A stretch of 63,889 nucleotides of DNA, counting the filler, from Octopus bimaculoides (taxonomy: Eukaryota), in assembly GCF_001194135.2 (NCBI RefSeq). It is 10 parts of 9 records of this genome, joined end to end, with 100 filler letters (N's around TTAATTAATTAA, not from the genome) between each part and the next. Parts side by side here need not be neighbours in the genome. Positions count along the whole stretch, not along the records: positions 1 to 8,611 come from NW_026375426.1; positions 8,712 to 14,857 come from NW_026296173.1; 8 more parts are not named here. One strand, 5' to 3'. Both the position numbers and the translations under genes were made by a program. Under the pieces are notes generated by a model. That model was not told the DNA's origin. It ran no database searches and saw only the letters and a program-made list of their open reading frames with translations. This document shows positions 1 to 11,323 of the stretch, one piece after another. Position 1 is the first letter of the stretch, and each line of letters starts with the position of its first letter.

Positions 1-208
1 ATCCATTGGGACAGCGGAGAGTTCACTTTGGTTGTCTTTTTTGGCCCAAATAGATCCATAGCTAAGTAAGTGTTATGGGAGAATCCTAAACACCTCCATG
101 TGACTGAAGATAGACTAAACCACTTACAATAAATAAGAGCTAAGTGAACTGTCAGGAGTGTAGCTGACGGTGTTAGTTCAACTGTGTTGGTTTACCATGA
201 TAGTTTGA

Positions 209-359
209 CATCATCATCATCATCATCGTTTAACGTCCACTTTCCATGCTAGCATGGGTTGGACGATTTGACTGAGGACTGGTGAAACTCGATGGCTACA
301 CCAGGCTCCAATCTCATCTGGCAGAGTTTCTACAGCTGGATGCCCTTCCTAACGCCAAC
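209..359 (-). mobile_element. RTE-LINE 3'UTR/tail fragment
   Basis: Reverse complement of the recurrent GGAAGGGCATCCAGCTGTAGAAACTCTGCC...GGACGTTAAACGATGATGATG tail; same family as the UTR attached to the RTE ORF at 13.3-14.9 kb. Confidence 0.8.
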
Positions 360-869
360 ATATGTTGGTTTAACATTTGAATTTTGAACATTGAATACGG
401 GGTAGCGTACCTACATTTGAGTTGTATGGAGTGCATTCTGTGTTAATATATATTTCTGTGATAGGTTATTTGTAAGATAACCACAACCAATTATTTCTTT
501 GTGTAAAACCATTTTACACCAGACATGTGTATGTGCACGTCATAACAACAAGAGTCTTACATACATGCATAAGCTGTACTTCATGTTCATCTATGGTTAT
601 AAAGAAACCCACTGCCTGGCACCTTGGGCAAGTGTCTTCTCTACTATAGGCACACACAGACACACACATATGTGACAGTGTATCAGTATACATATACGTC
701 ACATCTATATTTATGTATACATAATATATATTTAAATACATGTGTTTGTGTGTGTGTGTGCATGCTATATATGGTGTAATCTATCAGAGTAATTTTTCCA
801 TATTTATTGTTGTTGTTGTTGCTGCTGTTGTTTTTGTTTGCCATCTTCAAATTTTTTGTTTCCCCTCAG

Positions 870-977
870 GATTCTTCTGAGTTGCACTCAGCCAAGGCCC
901 TGAGTACACTCGACGAGTACGAAGAATATTTGGATAAAGTCTTAGATACAGAAAATAACTCAATATGTAGCTCTCAG
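870..977 (+). CDS. Candidate coding exon of an unidentified gene (DSSELHSAKALSTLDEYEEYLDKVLDTENNSICSSQ)
   Basis: Acceptor ttttttgtttcccctcAG, 108-nt phase 0-0 open frame, donor CAG|gtttgt, non-repetitive peptide; no homolog recognised. Confidence 0.35.
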
Positions 978-1591
978 GTTTGTAAAAAAATTAAAAAAAT
1001 ACAAAGATAAATAATAATGAATAAATATGAATAACAAAATATTAATCTCTACCCCAAATGGTTCTGCTCTATTCTCCACAGTAACAATAGTAATAATATT
1101 ATTACTAATAATATTAATAACAACAGCAACTGTAATCCCAGCCTGTTCCTGGTTTTAATTTTATTAATCATCGCAGCGGATGATCCAAGGAGAAGCAACT
1201 CTGTCCAACTTGCTACTTCACCAGAAACAATACATAGAAGAAATTCAATCACACTGAAAGACTATGCTCCAGCATGGCCTCATCCTACAAATGAATCCAA
1301 TAAAACAAAATAAAAACATACAATTGAATAAGTTGGGATCAGCCAGAAAGAATACAGAGGAACATTTATTTGTAATCACTACAATTGTTTCTGCACAACG
1401 TAGTTCTCCACGTTCACAGGTATTTGGTTATGTAACTGTTTCCCTGCATTATGATATCCATTCACACATTACAGAAGCTCCAGTGCAAACCTGACAGTAG
1501 GTACAATACTACTGTTGGAAGGCACTGGGTGAAATCTGAAGGTGGATGAGCTTTATACTGTACTCTATTGGTTCATAATGAAATATAACCC

Positions 1592-1645
<54 letters not shown>

Positions 1646-2649
1646 TATCATTATAATGCTGGCATGGATTGGATGCTTTGACAGGAGCCAGCAGGGCTAG
1701 GAGCCTCCTCCCGGCTGCAATTACATGGAGCCATTACCAGTGCTTTTTTATGTGGCACCAGCAACAGCAGGGTCTCCAAGTATCTTGCAAGACAAAACCC
1801 TCCTCAGGTGGATGTGAAGAATAGCATTGAAGTGGGGGATGGGGGATGGTGGGAGTGGCTTTGTCCCAGTTGATGTAAAAATCAGACAAGGATATGCATG
1901 TTACTGCAGGGTAGATTGGTGGGATTTACCCTCAGCTGGTAGTGGTGGCAGTGGGAGAAAACCTTCTGTAGTGACTACAGTGTTGATGGTACTGTCCCAC
2001 ATTTAGGCCCCAGGGTGGTAGAGAATAGATAATAACAACATAGCTTCTTACTTATACATTGGTTTTTTTTTTTACCTTTGTTGTTGTTGTTGTTTGATTT
2101 TGTTTGTTTTCCTTTCAACATTTGAATTGGATTTTAATTTTTATTTTCTCTTTTTTTTTGCAACAATTTTATGATCTTTGTGTTTATTTATTTATTAATT
2201 TTGTTGATGAGAATGCTTCATTAGCAGTTTTGTGTTGTTGTTTGTTTCACCTTATTCAACAAATTGTGTCGGATTGTCGGCGTGTTGCAACATCTTGCTA
2301 CTTATATGTGTGTGTGCGTGTGTGTGTGTGTTTGTGTAAATATAATATACATATATATGTGTACATTGTTTACATTTGATGGAGATATTTGTCCTCATCT
2401 TGTTTGTTGACAAATATCTGTCAAATTTAAATAATGTACATAATTCTTCATCTCTTAAATATAGAACTGTATTATATACATATGTGTGTGGATATTTACA
2501 TAAATACACATGTGTGCGTTTATTTGTATAAATATAACATACATATATATATATATATAGATATATATGTGTGTGTGCGCACATTTATGCATGTAAAGAT
2601 AATATAGGTATGTGTGTAAATAATACTATACATCATCATCATCATCATG

Positions 2650-2680
<31 letters not shown>

Positions 2681-2769
2681 AAATTTAATGAATGGAGAAA
2701 AACGCATATGTTAACTGCATACTTTTAGTATGCAGTTAACATATGCGTTTTACTCCATTCATTAAATTT
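2681..2769. repeat. Near-perfect palindrome/foldback (43-bp arms, 3-nt loop) within (TA)n
   Basis: 2681-2723 is the reverse complement of 2727-2769 with one mismatch. Confidence 0.95.
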
Positions 2770-3627
2770 ATATATACTCAAGTACCCAAAATAACAGGAA
2801 GTTTCTACCTTATAAACAGGAGTTACACCACTGTCATTTTGTGATCTTTGCTACCCTGGTATCTATTAACCAATTTATTTTGTCCAAATTATNNNNNNNN
2901 NNNNNNNNNNNNNNNNNNNNNNNNNNNNNNNNNNNNNNNNNNNNNNNNNNNNNNNNNNNNNNNNNNNNNNNNNNNNNNNNNNNNNNNNNNNNNNNNNNNN
3001 NNNNNNNNNNNNNNNNNNNNNNNNNNNNNNNNNNNNNNNNNNNNNNNNNNNNNNNNNNNNNNNNNNNNNNNNNNNNNNNNNNNNNNNNNNNNNNNNNNNN
3101 NNNNNNNNNNNNNNNNNNNNNNNNNNNNNNNNNNNNNNNNNNNNNNNNNNNNNNNNNNNNNNNNNNNNNNNNNNNNNNNNNNNNNNNNNNNNNNNNNNNN
3201 NNNNNNNNNNNNNNNNNNNNNNNNNNNNNNNNNNNNNNNNNNNNNNNNNNNNNNNNNNNNNNNNNNNNNNNNNNNNNNNNNNNNNNNNNNNNNNNNNNNN
3301 NNNNNNNNNNNNNNNNNNNNNNNNNNNNNNNNNNNNNNNNNNNNNNNNNNNNNNNNNNNNNNNNNNNNNNNNNNNNNNNNNNNNNNNNNNNNNNNNNNNN
3401 NNNNNNNNNNNNNNNNNNNNNNNNNNNNNNNNNNNNNNNNNNNNNNNNNNNNNNNNNNNNNNNNNNNNNNNNNNNNNNNNNNNNNNNNNNNNNNNNNNNN
3501 NNNNNNNNNNNNNNNNNNNNNNNNNNNNNNNNNNNNNNNNNNNNNNNNNNNNNNNNNNNNNNNNNNNNNNNNNNNNNNNNNNNNNNNNNNNNNNNNNNNN
3601 NNNNNNNNNNNNNNNNNNNNNNNNNNN

Positions 3628-3678
<51 letters not shown>

Positions 3679-3690
3679 GGTATATGTAAG

Positions 3691-3731
<41 letters not shown>

Positions 3732-3880
3732 ATGTATGTATGTTTGGACAAGCATTTATCTATATACGTGTCTACGTGTAACTGCATACATGAATTGTGT
3801 GTTTAAATCTACATACAGATAAATATTACATGCATTATTCAAAACAGTTTGATTCACTTCTGTGTCGCTTCAAATTTCAG

Positions 3881-3942
3881 AGGCCCCTAACAGGATCCCA
3901 AAACCTTCAGGTCTCCAGAAGCCTAAAGGGGTCAGCCTGTGA
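3881..3942 (+). CDS. Candidate terminal coding exon (xAPNRIPKPSGLQKPKGVSL*)
   Basis: Acceptor cttcaaatttcAG, phase-1 frame ending TGA at 3940-3942, followed by unique UTR-like sequence; no homolog recognised. Confidence 0.3.
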
Positions 3943-4111
3943 AGCCCGAAGCAGGACAGAATTGAATCAAACAGTCTTAAATGATACTTGTAACGCCTAC
4001 TAAATGTGTCGAGTGCTCTTTTCTTTTGTTCATCCCCTCACTTGTATATAGATGGGTAGCTCTACAGACATGTATGGATGTATACATGCATGCTCATCGT
4101 GTGTGGTCTAC

Positions 4112-4156
<45 letters not shown>

Positions 4157-4923
4157 GCATACTAAATACAAATTGCATCTTTCTGCATGGGTTTGTGGTG
4201 CATAGACTTCTCGCACCATCCCCTCNNNNNNNNNNNNNNNNNNNNNNNNNNNNNNNNNNNNNNNNNNNNNNNNNNNNNNNNNNNNNNNNNNNNNNNNNNN
4301 NNNNNNNNNNNNNNNNNNNNNNNNNNNNNNNNNNNNNNNNNNNNNNNNNNNNNNNNNNNNNNNNNNNNNNNNNNNNNNNNNNNNNNNNNNNNNNNNNNNN
4401 NNNNNNNNNNNNNNNNNNNNNNNNNNNNNNNNNNNNNNNNNNNNNNNNNNNNNNNNNNNNNNNNNNNNNNNNNNNNNNNNNNNNNNNNNNNNNNNNNNNN
4501 NNNNNNNNNNNNNNNNNNNNNNNNNNNNNNNNNNNNNNNNNNNNNNNNNNNNNNNNNNNNNNNNNNNNNNNNNNNNNNNNNNNNNNNNNNNNNNNNNNNN
4601 NNNNNNNNNNNNNNNNNNNNNNNNNNNNNNNNNNNNNNNNNNNNNNNNNNNNNNNNNNNNNNNNNNNNNNNNNNNNNNNNNNNNNNNNNNNNNNNNNNNN
4701 NNNNNNNNNNNNNNNNNNNNNNNNNNNNNNNNNNNNNNNNNNNNNNNNNNNNNNNNNNNNNNNNNNNNNNNNNNNNNNNNNNNNNNNNNNNNNNNNNNNN
4801 NNNNNNNNNNNNNNNNNNNNNNNNNNNNNNNNNNNNNNNNNNNNNNNNNNNNNNNNNNNNNNNNNNNNNNNNNNNNNNNNNNNNNNNNNNNNNNNNNNNN
4901 NNNNNNNNNNNNNNNNNNNNNCT

Positions 4924-5493
4924 TATACATAACATTCCTTCTTTGGACACTAAACTCCGCTTGCGAAGACGTGTTGAGGCAAGTGAAATCGAAATCGAAC
5001 TAAATTTATAGGAACACTAAACTCGGCTTGCGAAGACCTGTTGGGGCAAGCAAAAGCGAAATCGTGATGGCACCTGTACCAGTGGTGCACTAAGAGCATC
5101 GTCCGAGCGTGATCATTGCCAGAGCAGCTGTCTGGCTTCCGTGCCGGTGGCATGTAAATAGCACCCGCGTGATCGTTACCAATGTCGCCTTCCTGGCACT
5201 TGTGAAAAGACATTCAAGTGAGATCGTTGCCAGTGCCGCTGGACTGGCTCCAGTGCAGGTGGCACATAAAATACACCATTTTGAGCATGGCTATTGCCAG
5301 TACCACCTGTTTGGCCTTTGTACCGGTGGCACGTAAAAGCACCCACTATACTCTCAGAGTGGTTGGCGTTAGGAAAGGCATCCAGCTGTAGAAACTCTGC
5401 CAAATCAGATTGGAGCCTGGTGTAGCCATCTGGTTCACCAGTCCTCAGTTAAATCGTCCAAACCAAGCTAGCATGGAAAGTGGACGTTAAACG
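4924..5493 (+). mobile_element. RTE-LINE 3'UTR, 5' end in gap
   Basis: Matches the UTR downstream of the RTE stop codon at 13767, including the ~100-bp duplicated unit; ends GGACGTTAAACGACGA. Confidence 0.85.
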
Positions 5494-5930
5494 ACGAAAG
5501 GGATTGATGGAAACTGTATAGAAGCCTTTAAATTGGAAAGTACCTGTATTTCAAAAGGTACGAGCATTGAAGTACATTGTGTGAAGTTGTATCTGGTTCA
5601 GGATTTACATTACAAGTACATGTGTCTGAGAAATACTATACAACATACATGTCACCACAAGGGCAGATAATTCGTTTGACATCAAATAACTGAATCCTTG
5701 TCGTTTTGTGTGTGTGTATGTGTGAGTGTATCATAATTAATCAACAAACATTCATTGCTTTATTATCTAATTCTCTGTCTCATTGACTTAATTAAGACTT
5801 CAATTCATTATCTTCTAATCACTTCTTCAGTTGCTGATATTTAATCATTTAAATGGTTTTTTTCTCTTTCATATTTTAATTTGCATATTTTTGTGTTCTT
5901 GTATATGTGTGTGCATATAAATACACACAG

Positions 5931-5962
<32 letters not shown>

Positions 5963-6692
5963 ACACACTTAAGTTACAATATATGGATTCAAGTAATCCA
6001 GTAATACTCATTAAAAAAGTTCCTTAATATATCATTCTGCAAATCATATAATATATAGCTATATATATATAACATATATATATATATATATATAACACAA
6101 TAGGGTAAAAATTTGATATTAATTAATATCAATTTAATACCAGGAAACCAGCACATTAAAAGAATCAGAANNNNNNNNNNNNNNNNNNNNNNNNNNNNNN
6201 NNNNNNNNNNNNNNNNNNNNNNNNNNNNNNNNNNNNNNNNNNNNNNNNNNNNNNNNNNNNNNNNNNNNNNNNNNNNNNNNNNNNNNNNNNNNNNNNNNNN
6301 NNNNNNNNNNNNNNNNNNNNNNNNNNNNNNNNNNNNNNNNNNNNNNNNNNNNNNNNNNNNNNNNNNNNNNNNNNNNNNNNNNNNNNNNNNNNNNNNNNNN
6401 NNNNNNNNNNNNNNNNNNNNNNNNNNNNNNNNNNNNNNNNNNNNNNNNNNNNNNNNNNNNNNNNNNNNNNNNNNNNNNNNNNNNNNNNNNNNNNNNNNNN
6501 NNNNNNNNNNNNNNNNNNNNNNNNNNNNNNNNNNNNNNNNNNNNNNNNNNNNNNNNNAGTAATTTATCAATTATTAAATATAATAATATAGATTATTTAC
6601 ATGTTTTTAAGTTACGAAACAATTTGTCGTGGTATTAGAATTTTTTTATTGTTAAATAAAATGTCATCAAATTATTTCTCTGTCATTTGTAA

Positions 6693-6740
<48 letters not shown>

Positions 6741-6817
6741 TATATATTATACACCCCTAATTATATTGTTTTATCTGTGCCAACACTACTCATTAGTACA
6801 ACATCTAAACGGTTTAA

Positions 6818-7041
6818 CTCTTTAGCATTTAAACTGGCCAAATCCAGCTAGAATATTCTGCCTGTTTTATGTTCAAACTGGCCAGATCTGGCTTCTTACT
6901 CTAACCCTACAATGTCATTCTAAAAAATAAACAATTACCCCATCAGAATCTCATCGCTACAAGATAACGCAAGATTAATTCAAAGCAATTTGAATAAAAA
7001 GTCGTTACTTTTGCCAGAATAATCAGTGAGTGCTAAACGAG
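6818..7041. mobile_element. piggyBac-type MITE
   Basis: TTAA|CTCTTTAGCA ... TGCTAAACGAG|TTGA; same family as 27574-27789 and 35506-36048. Confidence 0.75.
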
Positions 7042-7302
7042 TTGAAGTCATTAAAAACTGAATGAGGCATGTCTACTAATTACTTGATTAAATGTTTTTA
7101 GATGCATTAAATGACATTATTTGTTTTCCAGAAATAAATCTTTTGAAAATGATGGTGTCTATTTACTTTTGACATGTGTGTGCATGTATTTGTGTGCATG
7201 CGAGTGTATAATCCTATTTTTGGATGGTCATTTGTTTTGTTTTGTTTTTATTTTTCCAAATAAACACATGCACTATATATTTGTTCTTCACTTGCTATAT
7301 TA

Positions 7303-7508
7303 CTGTTCTTATTTCATCTTATGTCCATCATCTGGAAATCTTTCATCACACATCTGTAGCCCCTTCAGTAGCCCTTTCTATCCATGTGTAATCCTCCAGT
7401 TCTGCTTAGTCCATTCTGAGTATACATGGATGGACAGGGTCACTAAAGAGATCGCAGATGTGTGACAAAAGATTTTCAGACAATGGACATATGATAAAAT
7501 AAGAACAG
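7303..7508. mobile_element. MITE with ~54-bp TIRs (probable Tc1/mariner, TA target)
   Basis: CTGTTCTTATTTCATCTTATGTCCATCATCTGGAAATC...CACACATCTG pairs with CAGATGTGTG...GATAAAATAAGAACAG; left flank TA, right flank TT. Confidence 0.8.
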
Positions 7509-7726
7509 TTTCAACAATTCTTAAACATATATATACTACACATCTGAAAAGTAAATAGAGAGCCCTTCATGATACATTGCTATCAGTGTGAAGCCTATTC
7601 ATTATTATGATTCCCAAACAGGTTGAAATCCTTACAAGCTGAACAAACCATGTCTATGTGCTGGATACTATGAGAGATTAAATGTTTTTAAATGCATCAA
7701 ATGACATTATTTTGTTTCTAGAAATA

Positions 7727-7995
7727 TATATTATCCAAATTTTATATTATTCAGTATCCATCACAGCTGGTCTTACCAATTGGTTTCACATACAGAGCAA
7801 TCCCCATATTCCCTTCTATATTAGCTATATCTGATGAGTGTAGAGTTATATAATTGGATTGTTACCTAACACTCCATTGTATTCATCACATGAAACTGAT
7901 TGGTAAGACCAGCCACGATGAATAGTTAATACTATAAATTTTGGATTATATAACCACTCTACGGAGAGATATACGAGTGCATCTTTTCCCTGATT
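7727..7995 (+). mobile_element. Hammerhead-bearing Penelope-LTR-like repeat with inverted partial 5' copy
   Basis: Homologous to 21430-21620; 7727-7792 is an inverted copy of ~7889-7955; ends at (TA)n. Confidence 0.7.
7825..7910 (+). ncRNA. Type I hammerhead ribozyme motif (core intact, stem I degenerate)
   Basis: CTGATGA 7831-7837, stem II GTGT/ACAT with long loop, GAAA 7892-7895, stem III ACT-GATT-GGT, GUA triplet ending 7905. Confidence 0.65.
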
Positions 7996-8008
7996 TATGG
8001 TCTCTTAA

Positions 8009-8080
<72 letters not shown>

Positions 8081-8329
8081 TTAATAATGTCCCTGTTTAA
8101 TAAAGTTCCTTTTTCGGTGATTTTAAATGTCTTGCCCGCTTACGTTTTGGTATCATGCTATATTTCATGTTGAGAACAATTTAGGTCTTATTAGACACAA
8201 GATGTGATCTATTTCTAGCACATTAAATGTCCACGTTAGTGGTCAACGTCATATATAAAAATATATATATATATGTATATGTATGTATGTATGTATAAAA
8301 TGTATTGTAAATAAACAAGGGCAGGTAAA

Positions 8330-8532
8330 AAATGTATACGTACTCTGGGCATGCAACTGGACGGGAGACAAACACAGAGGGTCGTTAATTCTTTATTAGT
8401 TATCAATGAGATGTTAACACTCAGTTTTGCACCATTAATTAAGAATTTCCATTTGGTTATAACTGAGGAAGATTTAAAGACCCTCTGTTTTTGTCTCCCG
8501 TCCAGTTGCACACTCAGACTGCGTATACATTT
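8330..8532. mobile_element. MITE with ~54-bp TIRs
   Basis: 8330-8383 (...TGCAACTGGACGGGAGACAAACACAGAGGGTC) pairs with 8479-8532. Confidence 0.85.
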
Positions 8533-8577
8533 ATACATTTATTAAGTAATGGAACATAATGCGTGTGTGTGTATATA

Positions 8578-8611
<34 letters not shown>

Positions 8612-8711
8612 NNNNNNNNNNNNNNNNNNNNNNNNNNNNNNNNNNNNNNNNNNNNTTAATTAATTAANNNNNNNNNNNNNNNNNNNNNNNNNNNNNNNNN
8701 NNNNNNNNNNN

Positions 8712-11302
8712 CTGGCAGCACACGGAGCGCCTCACAAGTGGCTTTCCCCCCTTCCACAAAATGCGGAAGAGGAGTCGTTCCAGCTTCTTTAGCCAAAAAT
8801 CGAGGCAAGGCATCATGGACAGGCGGTAGGTGATTACCAATGCTATAAACACCTGCACCACCTCTGCTCTGTCTTTCAAGGATAGAGGCCTCCCGGACCA
8901 CCTCCGTGTTAAGGCCTCCACCTTTTCCACTACGTCGCTCCAATTCTTCTCCGTCTGGGAGTCGGGACCTAGCCAAACTCCAAGCAACTTAACAGGACCA
9001 TCCGTCCAGTGTCCGACGACGCTGGACGATATCGGCTTGTTCCTCCAGGTGCCGAGGCTCAAACTGACCGACTTATCCTTGTTAACTTTTGCTCCTGCCA
9101 CAGCTTCGTATCGTCGAAGAGCAACTTCTACACGAGGTAGTTGTGCTTGGTTAGACACGATGAGGGTGACGTCATCCGCGGAAGCAGAAGAGAACCTACC
9201 GCATCCAATCTCATCTGGGTTGCCACCTAACTTCTCCAGTCTCCGCAGTAATGGTTCCAGGGCCAAAACATACAGAATCGGGGACAAGGGACACCCTTGA
9301 CGAACTGAACGCTCGATCAAAAACGGCTCCATTAGGTAACCGTGTACCTGGACGGTGGACTTGATGCCGCTGTACATAGCGGAGATCCAGCTGCGAAAGC
9401 CAGGGCCCAGCCCAGCCGCTTCGAGGACGGCCTCCAGATACTGGTGGTCTACCCTATCGAATGCTTTACTTTGGTGTAAATGGACCAATGCCCCTCCCTT
9501 GCNNNNNNNNNNNNNNNNNNNNNNNNNNNNNNNNNNNNNNNNNNNNNNNNNNNNNNNNNNNNNNNNNNNNNNNNNNNNNNNNNNNNNNNNNNNNNNNNNN
9601 NNNNNNNNNNNNNNNNNNNNNNNNNNNNNNNNNNNNNNNNNNNNNNNNNNNNNNNNNNNNNNNNNNNNNNNNNNNNNNNNNNNNNNNNNNNNNNNNNNNN
9701 NNNNNNNNNNNNNNNNNNNNNNNNNNNNNNNNNNNNNNNNNNNNNNNNNNNNNNNNNNNNNNNNNNNNNNNNNNNNNNNNNNNNNNNNNNNNNNNNNNNN
9801 NNNNNNNNNNNNNNNNNNNNNNNNNNNNNNNNNNNNNNNNNNNNNNNNNNNNNNNNNNNNNNNNNNNNNNNNNNNNNNNNNNNNNNNNNNNNNNNNNNNN
9901 NNNNNNNNNNNNNNNNNNNNNNNNNNNNNNNNNNNNNNNNNNNNNNNNNNNNNNNNNNNNNNNNNNNNNNNNNNNNNNNNNNNNNNNNNNNNNNNNNNNN
10001 NNNNNNNNNNNNNNNNNNNNNACATGTCGAGAGTCGAGGCCCACCAGCCAGGAAGTCCTTTAAGGCCTCCCCACACTCGAGCGGACCACTCTCCCCGAAC
10101 AACCGAGCGAAATGCTGGTGAAAAGCCTTTTGCATCTCCTCCTGTCCATAGACCTTGCGTCCTCGTTCGTCGGTTAAAGACTTAATACAGGACTTCTTGC
10201 CCTTCTCACACTCCTCACGACGTGCCCATCTGGCTACGTTAATTCCTTCTCGCTTCCCTGCACGTAATTTGGCTCTGACTCTGCAACCTTCGTGCTTGGC
10301 ATTGAGGTGACGATACAAGACCGTTCTTGCCACTAACACTCTAGATGCGGAGCCAGATTCCAATACCTCGTCTAAGTTCTTAACTAATTCACCTTCTACC
10401 TTAGACCTATCTAAACTTAGCTGTTTGCTAAATCTAATGGACTCTAAGCGAATGGCTCGTTTGAGGGCGTGCCACCATCTATTATTAACGATGGTGCCAC
10501 ATAATGCTCTCTGAACTAACTCCTTAATCCAGGCACGGAAAGCTTCACAAGTCAAAATAGACTTGTTCATTTTCCAGTACCCGGGTCCCTGTCTATGACA
10601 CTTTTCTACATGCACCTCACATGTCACAAGCTTGTGATCAGTGTAAGGTACAATACAAAATTGTGGACAGCTAACGGTATCCCTATCTAGGTCCTTGACG
10701 AATACTCTATCTAAGTACGATCTGTGTGAGCCATCGTTATTACTCCAAGTCCACTGTGGAACGCTTGGCTCACTCAGTCGGTAACGGTCTACTAGGTTAT
10801 AGCTTTCTAGTAGCCCCTTGAGGCAAGGACTCCCCTTCCTATCAACTGAGCCAACACTATCAACCCGTGCATCGAGAATAGTGTTGAAGTCCCCTACCAT
10901 TACTACCGTTTTTGACGTCACCAGAAAGTGCTCCAGATTCCGGTAAAAACCCGTCTGCCTACAATCCATAGGAGCGTAGACAGCTACCAACCTGAAGGAC
11001 TGTTTACTCACATGAGTCACATCCAGGACATCCAGCCTACCTTCTGGGTCCAGAAAGACAGTACTAACCTGTAAGTCCAGGTTCTTCCTGATAAGGACTG
11101 CCACGCCTGCACCTCCCCCTCGGCTAGGAGAAATAAATTTCTTGTAACCATTCAGAAGATGCGAGAACGCTTGAGGTCCCTTCATCTTGGACTCGGTTAC
11201 AACAGCAACATCTATTCTATGTGTTGTGAGATCGTTCAGGAAACAAGCCTGTTTCTATCTCAACCCCATTCCACGTACATTTAAACAGCCTATCTTAATC
11301 AT
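8712..11302 (-). pseudogene. Tx1 ORF2 (APE endonuclease + reverse transcriptase)
   Basis: MIKIGCLNVRG start at 11302, premature TAG 11255-11257, VYAP, GDFN, SYLDR and TDH endonuclease motifs; SKAFDRVDH, RQGCPLSP, SADD RT motifs; internal gap 9503-10021. Confidence 0.9.
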
Positions 11303-11323
11303 CGATGAAACGAGGGCATTTAC

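Noticed and set aside
1049-1312. Open plus-strand frame ...NNSNNII...ADDPRRSNSVQLATSPETIHRRNSITLKDYAPAWPHP
   Set aside because: No phase-consistent splice model with neighbouring candidate exons, and part resembles a decayed SINE (GGCCATGCTGGAGCA on the minus strand)
2834-6570. Long ORFs made of X and YI/CV/HT runs, here and at other gaps
   Set aside because: Artefacts of N gaps and dinucleotide microsatellites
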